Assembly: GCA_963785235.1 (NCBI GenBank)
Contig: CAWAUM010000001.1
Span: 672,001 to 736,000, forward strand
Direction: 5' to 3'
DNA from: an uncultured delta proteobacterium
GTDB taxonomy: Bacteria > Desulfobacterota > Desulfomonilia > UBA1062
DNA length: 64,000 nucleotides
How positions within the stretch are numbered: the first letter of the stretch is position 1; each line of letters starts with the position of its first letter. Below are positions 43,108-52,141 of this stretch, piece by piece. The notes beneath the pieces were generated by a model that ran no database searches, was not told the origin of the DNA, and saw nothing but the letters and a program-made list of their open reading frames with translations. The translations under genes were made by a program, and so were the position numbers.

Positions 43108-44028
43108 ATGGAAGAAGATACTATCAAGATCATGAATGAACATATTCCCCATTCTCCCTTAGGCTTGGTCAAGGCCAATGGAATCGAAATTGCTTATGAT
43201 ACCTTCGGCAACAAGGATGATGAACCGATCCTACTTATCATGGGATTAAGTTGCCAGATGATCATATGGGAGGACGAATTCTGTTTCAGGCTTGCTGAAA
43301 AAGGTTTTTATGTAATCCGTTTCGACAACCGTGATGTAGGCATGTCCACGAAAATGACCGCATTGGGAATGCCCCATATCCAAGGACTGTTATTAGGAAA
43401 GTTCTCTGTCGGTCCGTATACGATTTCTGACATGGCAAAGGATACGGTCGGTCTGCTCGATGCGCTCCGGATTGAAAAGGCCCATGTTGTCGGGGTATCC
43501 ATGGGGGGTATGATCGGCCAGGAGATTGCCATTTCTTATCCGGAGAGCCTCATGACATTAATATCCATCATGTCCACTACAGGGAGTCCTCTGCTGCCAC
43601 CACCTTCTTCAGAGGTAATCGAGCTGCTCTTCAGGCCTATTCCCACAACCCAGGACACCTTTGTGTCATATTTCAGGGATGTCTGGAGGGTCTTGAGCGG
43701 ACGACGTTTCCCAATGGATGATACCACAGCAGTCAGGCTTGGAAGGGAGACGTATCGAAGGGGGGTTGACCCGGCTGGAAATGCCCGGCAGCTCGCAGCG
43801 ATCATTGTCTCGGGCAGCAGGAAGGAGAGGCTGGCAACAGTGAAGTGCCCCACGCTCGTGATACACGGCACCCAAGATCCGCTGGTATCTGTAGAAGGTG
43901 GTGTAGATACGGCAGAGTCAATACCGAGGGCGGATTTGAAGATCTTCGATGGCATGGGCCACTGGCTTGCACCTGGATTATGGCCCGAGATCATCGGGGC
44001 AATTGCTGGTCATGTGCAGAGATATTGA
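43108..44028 (+). CDS. Alpha/beta hydrolase
   Basis: FDNRDVG, GVSMGG, HGTQDPL, GMGH; start uncertain. Confidence 0.9.
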   Translation: MEEDTIKIMNEHIPHSPLGLVKANGIEIAYDTFGNKDDEPILLIMGLSCQMIIWEDEFCFRLAEKGFYVIRFDNRDVGMSTKMTALGMPHIQGLLLGKFSVGPYTISDMAKDTVGLLDALRIEKAHVVGVSMGGMIGQEIAISYPESLMTLISIMSTTGSPLLPPPSSEVIELLFRPIPTTQDTFVSYFRDVWRVLSGRRFPMDDTTAVRLGRETYRRGVDPAGNARQLAAIIVSGSRKERLATVKCPTLVIHGTQDPLVSVEGGVDTAESIPRADLKIFDGMGHWLAPGLWPEIIGAIAGHVQRY

Positions 44029-44056
44029 CCCGGATAAAAGGTATGAGGATAAAACG

Positions 44057-44563
44057 ATGGCTAAGATAAAGAGTACGCTGGATCTGGTCATGGAGAGGAC
44101 TAAGAACCTCGCCCTGAGCCCTGAGGATAGAGATGCCCAGCAGCGAAAGGAATGGGAAGACAAGGCCAGGGGATGGGTTCGGATGCTTATAGATCAGAAT
44201 ATCACCATTGATGGGCTCATGAAAGAGTTTACTGTTGAGTCATCCCGCTACAGCGCATTAGCTGAAATCCTCCATGCTGAGTTAACCCGCCATATTGAGC
44301 CCGATGGGGACAACAGCATAATCCTTAAGGCCCTTACAGAGGTTCTCGGGTTTGAAATGAAGCCGTTTGTCGATTTTATTAATGATAGCCATGCTCAGTA
44401 TGAGCTGTACAGGCAAGAACACCAGGTGCGCCTGTTGTCCGAATTCAAGGCAAAAGGGATCTCAGGCACAGCCCTGGTGCCTAATATGGATAATGATGAG
44501 GTCTGGCTGAACTTTGCAAAAGGCCTCAGGGATGAATTTAAGCAAAAGATCCAGGCTCTCTAA
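44057..44563 (+). CDS. Hypothetical protein
   Basis: MAKIKSTLDLVMERTK start with SD; helical protein. Confidence 0.7.
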   Translation: MAKIKSTLDLVMERTKNLALSPEDRDAQQRKEWEDKARGWVRMLIDQNITIDGLMKEFTVESSRYSALAEILHAELTRHIEPDGDNSIILKALTEVLGFEMKPFVDFINDSHAQYELYRQEHQVRLLSEFKAKGISGTALVPNMDNDEVWLNFAKGLRDEFKQKIQAL

Positions 44564-45207
44564 AGATATCTGAACCAGTACTCCTTGATCTGCTTGAAGT
44601 TGTCTTTTACCGCCCTTGCTCCACTGATTACATTGCCATGGCCAGGGAAAAGGTATTGAGCCGGTAAAGATTCCACCTTAAGGATGCTGTCCTTAAGCTG
44701 ACTGCCGCTGCCTCCGGGGAGATCCGTCCGTCCTATGCCCTGCTCGAAGATGAGATCCCCGGTGAAGAGCGCCCCATGCTTGGGCCAGTAAAGGCAGATG
44801 GACCCGGGCGTGTGGCCGGGCGTATCCATGACCTCGAACTGGAGGCTTCCGACTTCCAGCTCCCCTGGTGCTAAAAAGAAATCCGGTTCCGGTACCTTGT
44901 AATACTCCCCTGCCAGTTCCTTGATGTATCGGAACTCGGTAGCTCCCATGGTTAGTTGGCAGGGTTTCTTGAAGAGCTGGGCGGCCTCCATGTGATCGGG
45001 ATGTGCATGGGTAATGATGATGAGGTCAATGGAGGCCGTGTCTATTTTAAGTGATGCTAAACCCTGTTCTACATGGCTGAACAGGTGGCTGTGTCCCGGG
45101 TCGATGAGGATGCGTTTCCCGTCGTCGATGAGGTAGCTGTTGCAGTTGTTCTGCCGGTTATCCTGCCAGATGAATGCATACAATCCTTCAAAGACCTTCC
45201 TGACCAT
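44560..45207 (-). CDS. MBL-fold metallo-hydrolase
   Basis: THAHPDH, PGHTPG, TGD, PGHG. Confidence 0.92.
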   Translation of the reverse strand: MVRKVFEGLYAFIWQDNRQNNCNSYLIDDGKRILIDPGHSHLFSHVEQGLASLKIDTASIDLIIITHAHPDHMEAAQLFKKPCQLTMGATEFRYIKELAGEYYKVPEPDFFLAPGELEVGSLQFEVMDTPGHTPGSICLYWPKHGALFTGDLIFEQGIGRTDLPGGSGSQLKDSILKVESLPAQYLFPGHGNVISGARAVKDNFKQIKEYWFRYL

Positions 45208-45280
45208 AGTTTTAAGTCCTTTCTCTTCGCAGTGTGAAAGATGCTAACCCAAAGAAAAGAATTTTATGGGTTGCTCTCCT

Positions 45281-45874
45281 TTAAGATGTTGAATCCTGGG
45301 GTTCTCCCTTCAGGCCGATTGTTTCTGCCACCTCGCGCATGCCCATGATGGTGTCCTCGATGAGCTGGTCTAAGGTAATACCAAGCATTTCCGCTCCTTT
45401 GGTTATAATCGACCGGTTCACCCCAGCGGCGAATGCGCTCGTCTTCCACTTCTTTTTAACCGAGCTCACGGAGAGGTCAAGGACACTCTTGGAAGGCCTT
45501 ACTAATGCACTTGCAGCAACAAGACCTGTGAGTTCATCTATGGTATAGAGCGTCTTCTCAAGATCGGTCAGCGGTTCCACTTCCGAGCAGATACCCCACC
45601 CGTGAGAGGCTACTGCCCGGACATACTCCTCAGGCCAGCCGTTCTCCTCAAGGATCTGCCTGGTCTTGGCGCAGTGCTGCTCCGGGAACTGCTCATAGTC
45701 GAGGTCATGAATCAGGCCGACGATACCCCATTTATCTTCATCCTGCCCTCGTTTCCGGGCGATATAGCGCATAACAGCCTCCACGCAATATGCGTGACTG
45801 CGCAGGTTGTCCGTCTGGTTGTAGGAATGGAGTAGGTCAAGAGCCTCTTTGCGAGTGGGAACATGCTCGGGCAT
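45281..45874 (-). CDS. HD-domain phosphohydrolase
   Basis: LIHDLDYE, ASH, DELTGL. Confidence 0.88.
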   Translation of the reverse strand: MPEHVPTRKEALDLLHSYNQTDNLRSHAYCVEAVMRYIARKRGQDEDKWGIVGLIHDLDYEQFPEQHCAKTRQILEENGWPEEYVRAVASHGWGICSEVEPLTDLEKTLYTIDELTGLVAASALVRPSKSVLDLSVSSVKKKWKTSAFAAGVNRSIITKGAEMLGITLDQLIEDTIMGMREVAETIGLKGEPQDSTS

Positions 45875-45947
45875 GGTAGGCCTCCTCTCTTGTTTTCGTA
45901 AGAGTATTACTTTTTGCGGGTAAGAGGCAACCCCTAGGTTGCTTCTT

Positions 45948-46116
45948 TTTTAAAATAGCGTCCGTTCAAAGTCTCAATCTTGCAGCCTTCGTGGAACGTT
46001 AATTTTATTGGTCCTTCAAGGCTGCAAGATTGAGACTTTGAACGGATCAGGTTTTTACTCTTCTTCGTTATGACCGTCCCCGGGCATGGGGGTTAAACGC
46101 AAAATCTGGATTTAAG
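45948..46116 (+). repeat. Long-hairpin intergenic repeat, copy C
   Basis: Perfect 29-bp arms 45961-45989 and 46018-46046; following small hairpin interrupted by about 30 nt. Confidence 0.85.
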
Positions 46117-46309
46117 AGGGCACTGGGAGCAAACAAGAAATGACAGGATAGATACAATGGGGAGATCCGTCATGAAACATGGAATTCCAAAAAAATGGGA
46201 AAAAATAAGAAATAATTTACATAATAATTGAGAGATCACAGGAGGTTTGGATTGGGGCACATATAGATAATAGCTTAACAATATTATAAAAATAAACAAT
46301 ACTATACTT

Positions 46310-46324
46310 TGGCACAACTCTTGA
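46310..46324 (+). promoter_or_regulatory. Candidate sigma54 promoter
   Basis: TGGCAC-AACTC-TTGA (consensus TGGCAC-N5-TTGC) after an AT-rich tract. Confidence 0.45.
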
Positions 46325-46335
46325 ATATATTGTTT

Positions 46336-46482
46336 ATTCGCCCTTGAGCGAGGCTGATGCAAGGTATGGCCACCTAAGTATGCTGGGCGAAATGAATTAC
46401 GGTTAACTTAAAGAACCCTTAGGATAGACATATCCTATTCCTCCTCAGGCCGCATCCGGCATAGTGTCGGATGCGGCCTGCT
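46336..46482 (+). ncRNA. Candidate structured sRNA
   Basis: Stems TTCGCCC/GGGCGAA, TAGGATA/TATCCTA and CAGGCCGCATCCGGCA/TGTCGGATGCGGCCTG; no credible ORF. Confidence 0.35.
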
Positions 46483-46517
46483 CCCTCAAATTGCTCATGG
46501 GTGAAGTAACTTCATGT

Positions 46518-47744
46518 CTATTCTATCACCTCAATGCGAAGCCCGAATTTAGACATGGCTTCACATTTATTCGTCAGGATAAGGATAGGATTCTCATACC
46601 GGAACCCGATCTTTTCATCAGGGCATGCATACTGCATTGCACAGATGAGGACTTCATTTTCCTGATAGATATGGTCGGGGTCCGTCCAGTAGGGGAAGGG
46701 CCCTTCACCTGTTCCTATGCGCCATTCATCGCCCAACATCCCAATCCCGTGTTCGAAGCCTGGGACCATGAATTCTGCAAAACCCCTTTCCTCGGCAAAG
46801 GCCATCATCTCTTCTGCTATGGACAAGGGGCTGGCGCCAACCTTATACGCCTTCAATGTCTTGGATACGATGTCGATGAAGTTGTGGGCATGCCAAAGTT
46901 GGCGTTTTGTAGCATGGCCGATAAAATAGTTGTGGGCATGGTCACCCAGGGCCAGCTTGAACATGGCGTGGATGTCCACCATAAGGGGCTCACCCTTTTT
47001 CAGCTTCTTGGTGGTGGCAGGGGTGCATGCACAGCCTGCCATGCCGGTGCGGTAGCCGCATGCGATTTCGTTACCGCCGGTGAAGGACCACTCCCACACA
47101 CTACCTGCCTTGCGCATGGCAAGGGCTGCAATGCCCGCGACCTCGGTTTCGGTCATGCCCTGCCATCCGCCGTTGGAAATAGCCTCTTTGACCGCCTTAT
47201 GGCCTTCATCAACGATGCGCGATGCCTTTCTGAAGCGGTTGATAGTTCCCTCATCCTTAATTACAGAGAGCCTGTCGATAATCGCATGGGCATTTACGAG
47301 TTTTGAGCCTGCAAGCGCATCTTCAAAACCTTCGTACTCGAAGTGTGTCAGGTTTCCCTCGGGCAGGTAGTTGGATACCCCTGTCTCATATCCGATGCGG
47401 CCTTTTTTGCCCTTAAGGATATCCTTTATAAAATCCGCAATGATGGTGATCTGGTCCATGCCGCCCATGGGTGCATAGCCCAGCACATGGTCTTCGTCCA
47501 GCCAGGATTCGTCGATGATCCTGGCTGCATCTATGACAAAGGTAAAGACCGTGGGCAGGCCCTCGGGCGGGATTACCACATAACTCCTCCATGGACAGAA
47601 GGCATCTGATATCCACGAGATGGTCCGTAATCGGGAACCCAGGTATACATCAATCTTTTCTGTTGCCATCTGCTGCTGTATCTGTTCCACCCGTTTGGGA
47701 AAATCGATGTAACAAGGGTCTTTCTTGTTGAATATCTTGGGCAT
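46518..47744 (-). CDS. M24 (Xaa-Pro peptidase/creatinase fold) hydrolase
   Basis: IKDEG, TETEV, MVD..GD, EHGIG, GFRYEN. Confidence 0.85.
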   Translation of the reverse strand: MPKIFNKKDPCYIDFPKRVEQIQQQMATEKIDVYLGSRLRTISWISDAFCPWRSYVVIPPEGLPTVFTFVIDAARIIDESWLDEDHVLGYAPMGGMDQITIIADFIKDILKGKKGRIGYETGVSNYLPEGNLTHFEYEGFEDALAGSKLVNAHAIIDRLSVIKDEGTINRFRKASRIVDEGHKAVKEAISNGGWQGMTETEVAGIAALAMRKAGSVWEWSFTGGNEIACGYRTGMAGCACTPATTKKLKKGEPLMVDIHAMFKLALGDHAHNYFIGHATKRQLWHAHNFIDIVSKTLKAYKVGASPLSIAEEMMAFAEERGFAEFMVPGFEHGIGMLGDEWRIGTGEGPFPYWTDPDHIYQENEVLICAMQYACPDEKIGFRYENPILILTNKCEAMSKFGLRIEVIE

Positions 47745-47759
47745 ATCAGCACCTCCTCA

Positions 47760-48161
47760 TCAGTATTGGGTAGGGATCTTTGCAAGGACCTTGTTGATCC
47801 GGTCGGCGAGTGATGCAAGCTTGAGGGCCTTGACCATGTTACCTTTGAGTTTAAGTTTTCCGCTCATGAGGGCACGCTGGGATGATACCTTTCCCTGGCT
47901 GAGATCTGCAAAGAGAATGTACGGCCCGGTAACCCTGAACTCGGCTATGGGCGGCTCGCCATCGCCCACCAGGACCTGGGCGAACGCACCGTTTTCGGTC
48001 TTGAAGTAGAGGTACTTGTCTTTTCCGCCCGGGCAGCCGACATACACATAGGCCACAGATGTGGTGAGGCTCTTCATCTTATCGGTCGTGATCTCTGCGT
48101 TCAGCCTCTTTTCGACCTCATCGCGCCATTCATGGCTCAGGTAGGCGACAGTCTTCTCCAT
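47760..48161 (-). CDS. SCP2 sterol/lipid-binding domain protein
   Basis: YLSHEW...RALMSGKLKLKGNMVKALKL. Confidence 0.85.
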   Translation of the reverse strand: MEKTVAYLSHEWRDEVEKRLNAEITTDKMKSLTTSVAYVYVGCPGGKDKYLYFKTENGAFAQVLVGDGEPPIAEFRVTGPYILFADLSQGKVSSQRALMSGKLKLKGNMVKALKLASLADRINKVLAKIPTQY

Positions 48162-48344
48162 AACAATCCTCCTATCATTGATTTACTTAAAATATATTGT
48201 TGGTGTATTGGTGATGGTATAGATGAAATAATGAACAATGAATTCATATATTCAGTATAGATAAATCATTGATCATGTCAATACTCAATCCCTGTAGTTT
48301 CTTTGCTGGACTGTGGGCCTGAATAATACTGGATGACGTGTTAA

Positions 48345-48482
48345 GCTGCGAAAAAAAACTTGGTCCGTTAAAATCCTTCACCAAAGCAGCCATTACGGAA
48401 TGCTCATTTTCCTGGTTCGGTAGGCTGCTTTGGTGAAGGATTTTAATGGATCAGATTTTGCGTTTCATAAACGCAAAATCTG
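48345..48482 (+). repeat. Long-hairpin intergenic repeat, copy D
   Basis: 31-bp arms 48361-48391 and 48423-48453 (two G-T pairs) plus a perfect 14-bp hairpin at 48452-48482. Confidence 0.85.
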
Positions 48483-48588
48483 CGGTTATGGACACATGCA
48501 ATTATAGAATACTGGTTTATACGGGTCCCCATGTGTGAGAGCCTTTAAGGGTTTTCTCTTCTGAAACAAGCAGCCATAACGTGACAGG

Positions 48589-49533
48589 TTAATCAGGCGA
48601 AGGTATCTTCGCATGCTCCTTGAGAAAGGTGACATAATCCACAGCTGCCTCCTTGGGCCTTTCCAGCATGGGCATATGTCCGCAGTCGGGCATGATAACT
48701 GTTTTTGAGTTCGGCAGGTAGCGTTCCAGCACCTGCACCGAAGAGACGTGGGTAATCCGGTCCCGGGAGCCCCAGAGGATAAGCACCGGCAGCCTCAGGT
48801 CGGGCAGCACGCTTGCTACGTCCTTATAGGTGCTCCGGATATCATTCCACATCTTCTGCTTGAAAGGGGCATCAGCAACTGACTTTCTGGCAAGTACCGA
48901 AGGTGCAGGCCAGGGGATGAAAGGTTCTTTGTAGAATGCATATCCCATGAGTTCTGTAAAGGCATCTTCAGAGGTCGGGATAAGAATGTTCTGACCTTTT
49001 TCAATGGCCTTGAGGAGATCGCTTGGCTCAGGTGAGTTGATGCCTGCTGTATCAAAGAGGCCCAGCGTGATGACCCGTTCAGGGTTCCGGTTTGTGTAGA
49101 GTATGCCCACCCAACCGCCCATGGAGTTTCCCGCGATATGGAAACGATCCAGTTTGAGGGCATCTGCAGCATCGGCAAATCCAAGTGTTATGAAGTCGAT
49201 CGTATAGGTCTTGTCATTCTCTCTTGAATTGTCTCCATGTCCCGGCAGGTCAAAGGCAATTACGCGGTATTCCTTGGGAAGAGACCTGGTGAAACGGATC
49301 CAGTTGTCCTTGTTTGCACCGAAACCATGGAGAAGCACAATAGTCTCGCCACTGCCCTGGCGCTCGAGATATGCGATCTTTTGCCCCTGCACGGAAACAT
49401 AGGCTTCATCCATCCCAGAGAGCAAACGTTCTGCAGAGATGCCGGCATCAAATATGGACTCCTGGACCGAAGCGCAGCTGTTAAGGAAGGTTAATAACAG
49501 GATTAAAAACAGGATATAAGTAACTTTTTTCAT
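48589..49533 (-). CDS. Alpha/beta hydrolase lipoprotein (lipase-like)
   Basis: LNSC lipobox; HGFG, DLPGHG, GNSMGG, CGH. Confidence 0.9.
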   Translation of the reverse strand: MKKVTYILFLILLLTFLNSCASVQESIFDAGISAERLLSGMDEAYVSVQGQKIAYLERQGSGETIVLLHGFGANKDNWIRFTRSLPKEYRVIAFDLPGHGDNSRENDKTYTIDFITLGFADAADALKLDRFHIAGNSMGGWVGILYTNRNPERVITLGLFDTAGINSPEPSDLLKAIEKGQNILIPTSEDAFTELMGYAFYKEPFIPWPAPSVLARKSVADAPFKQKMWNDIRSTYKDVASVLPDLRLPVLILWGSRDRITHVSSVQVLERYLPNSKTVIMPDCGHMPMLERPKEAAVDYVTFLKEHAKIPSPD

Positions 49534-49559
49534 AGAAACCCCTTTTTATTTTATGAGCA

Positions 49560-50186
49560 TCACGAGTTCGTTATCACCCATGACAAATATGGCCTGATTT
49601 CCGCAAGAGTAGCCTTCATCTTGTTTCCATAGGAGTGGCCGGGCCAGATGATGGTGTTGTCCGGCAGGTCCATAATCCGGGTAATACTCTTTTTCAGGTG
49701 TGCCATGTTGCCGCCCGGAATGTCTGTCCTGCCTATTCCATCTGCAAAAATCGTATCGCCTGAGATGAGATTTCCTCCCCAGTATAAACAGATAGAGCCG
49801 GGAGAGTGTCCGGGTGTATGGAACACTTCGATATTTGTGTCTCCCAGGATGATCCGCGTATTTTCGGAAAGGGTAAAGGAGATCCTCGGATGGATACGTC
49901 CTGTAAGGAGAAAGGTGAACAGGGTATTGTACAATCTGAGAAACCAAGTGTTTTCTGCCGGATGGGCAAGAGCTGGCGCCATGTCGGCCAGACTCCGATT
50001 CCCCATGGTGTGGTCAGGGTGGATGTGGGTGTTGATGATTGCCTTGATTCTCAATGCATCAAGACCATGCCGACGGGCAATATGGAGTGGGGGATCTATG
50101 ATGAGGCCCTCACCGGCAGCATCATCACGGATGATGTAGCTCAGGAGGTTGAAGCCCTGGGTTGCGATCTGCTCAATAGTGAGCAT
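49560..50186 (-). CDS. MBL-fold metallo-hydrolase
   Basis: THIHPDH, PGHSPG, SGD, PGH. Confidence 0.9.
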   Translation of the reverse strand: MLTIEQIATQGFNLLSYIIRDDAAGEGLIIDPPLHIARRHGLDALRIKAIINTHIHPDHTMGNRSLADMAPALAHPAENTWFLRLYNTLFTFLLTGRIHPRISFTLSENTRIILGDTNIEVFHTPGHSPGSICLYWGGNLISGDTIFADGIGRTDIPGGNMAHLKKSITRIMDLPDNTIIWPGHSYGNKMKATLAEIRPYLSWVITNS

Positions 50187-50198
50187 GGTAATCCTTTA

Positions 50199-50714
50199 TT
50201 AGTTCATTTCAGGTCGTGTTGTCCTGATGATCCTGCCGAATACAGGAAGCAGCAGTGTAGCCAATATGACGCTGCCCCCGGCCTGGAGGAGGTTCGCAGG
50301 CACCTCGGCAAGGGCGGCCTTCTGGTCGTACATGAAAACTTCGGTTGCATAATAGCCGAGTACCATCCAGGCAGTTGATGCGATGAAGCATAGAATGATA
50401 AATAGGGTGATCCTCTCAGTGTTGATCTTCAGATACTTTACGCTAAGGCCCATGAGCATCGCCTCGATTCCTTTGATGAACAATGTCCAGGGGGCCCACT
50501 GGTAGTAGCCCCCAAAGATGTCGGCCAGGGCCGATCCGATACCCCCGGCCATGAAGCCCAGGCTGGGCCCGAAAAACAGGCCACTGAGCAGTACCATGCT
50601 GTCGCCCAGGTTCATGTACCCATTGGTCTGGGGTATGGGGATGCGCACGACCATTGTGGCAACGGCCACCAGGGCCATGAAGAGTGCTACCAGGGCGAGT
50701 TGCTTCACGTTCAT
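50199..50714 (-). CDS. ECF transporter S component
   Basis: ALFMALV, GYMNLGD, GIGSALAD, WAPWTLFIKG. Confidence 0.88.
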   Translation of the reverse strand: MNVKQLALVALFMALVAVATMVVRIPIPQTNGYMNLGDSMVLLSGLFFGPSLGFMAGGIGSALADIFGGYYQWAPWTLFIKGIEAMLMGLSVKYLKINTERITLFIILCFIASTAWMVLGYYATEVFMYDQKAALAEVPANLLQAGGSVILATLLLPVFGRIIRTTRPEMN

Positions 50715-50742
50715 GTCTATCTCCGTAGGCGGATTTTAAAAA

Positions 50743-52140
50743 TTATGTCTGCATGGAGGAAAGGGCCTTTTCAAGCCTGGAAAGAACCGTTTTTTTCCCG
50801 AGGGTCAGCATGATCTCGAACAGGCCTGGAGAAACCGTTTTGCCGGTCAGTGCTATCCTTATGGGCTGCGCGATGGTCTTGAACTTCAGGTTGAATTCCT
50901 CGAGGATGGCTTTAACGGCGTCTTCCATGTGCTCCTTGTCCCACAGGTCAAGCTGCTCGAAACGGCCTTTGATGGCTTTGAATACCGGCTCTATGTCCGG
51001 GGTATAAAATTGTTTCTTGAGATCTTCCATAGGGTCTATGTCCTGGAAGTAGAAGCCACCGAAGTCCGTTATCTCTTCGACGGTCTTGGTGCGGTCCCTC
51101 ACGTCAATGACTACCTTCGTGATGTATTCCTTTTCGGGCAGTTCATACCCTTTTTTCGTTATGAAATCCGCGACGAGCCCGGCAAGCCTCTGTGGATCGC
51201 CGTTTTTGATATAGTGGTGGTTGAGCCACAGGAGTTTTTCAGGATTGAATACGGCAGCAGCCCTTCCCACGTCGTGGATGTCGAAATACTTTTTGAGCTC
51301 ATCAAGGGTGAAGATCTCCTGGTCTCCGTGTGACCATGAAAGCCTTACCAGGTAGTTTACAAGGGCTTCAGGAAGGTACCCCATTTCCTGGTATGCCATG
51401 GCCGATGTAGCGCCGTGCCTCTTGGAAAGTTTGGTCTTGTCAGGTCCCAGAATCATGGGGACATGGGCAAACAGGGGCAGTTCGAACCCTAGGGCCTCAT
51501 AAATCTTCACCTGTCTTGGGGTGTTGTTTACATGGTCATCACCCCGTATGACATGGGTCATGTTCATGGTGGCATCATCTATGACCACGGTGAAATTGTA
51601 GGTCGGCATTTCATCGGAACGGAGCAGGATGAGATCGTCCAATTCGGCGTTGTCCATAGTGATCCTGCCCTTGATCATGTCATCGAAGGAGGTGACACCT
51701 GCATCGGGCATGAGGAAGCGCACCACCCTTCCCGGGCCGGGACCCAACCCTTTGTTTCTGCACGTGCCGTCATATTTGGGCTTTTTCCCTTCTGCAAGGG
51801 CCTGGCTGCGTTTCTTTTCCAGGTTGTCGGGGGTGCACTCGCACCAGTAGGCCTTGCCTTCATCGACGAGCTTCAAGATATAAGACTTGTAGATATCGAG
51901 CCGGTCTGACTGGAAGAAAGGGCCCTCATCCCAGTCAAGGCCGAGCCATTCCATGGATGCCAGGATCTGTTTGGTGTTGTCATCCGTGGAGCGTTCGGCA
52001 TCCGTGTCTTCTATCCGCAGTATGAACTTCCCGCCTGAGTGCCTGGCATGAAGCCACGAGAACAATGCCGTCCTTACTCCACCGATGTGGAGCTGGCCTG
52101 TTGGTGATGGTGCAAACCGAGTTCTTATCTCTTGGGACAT
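50743..52140 (-). CDS. gltX: Glutamate--tRNA ligase
   Basis: RFAPSPTG, HIGG, LRIEDTD, KLSKR. Confidence 0.97.
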   Translation of the reverse strand: MSQEIRTRFAPSPTGQLHIGGVRTALFSWLHARHSGGKFILRIEDTDAERSTDDNTKQILASMEWLGLDWDEGPFFQSDRLDIYKSYILKLVDEGKAYWCECTPDNLEKKRSQALAEGKKPKYDGTCRNKGLGPGPGRVVRFLMPDAGVTSFDDMIKGRITMDNAELDDLILLRSDEMPTYNFTVVIDDATMNMTHVIRGDDHVNNTPRQVKIYEALGFELPLFAHVPMILGPDKTKLSKRHGATSAMAYQEMGYLPEALVNYLVRLSWSHGDQEIFTLDELKKYFDIHDVGRAAAVFNPEKLLWLNHHYIKNGDPQRLAGLVADFITKKGYELPEKEYITKVVIDVRDRTKTVEEITDFGGFYFQDIDPMEDLKKQFYTPDIEPVFKAIKGRFEQLDLWDKEHMEDAVKAILEEFNLKFKTIAQPIRIALTGKTVSPGLFEIMLTLGKKTVLSRLEKALSSMQT

Positions 52141-52141
52141 A

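Noticed and set aside
46446-46480. Match to the E. coli REP end (GCCGCATCCGGCA)
   Set aside because: Single short match without GTAG; better explained as a local hairpin
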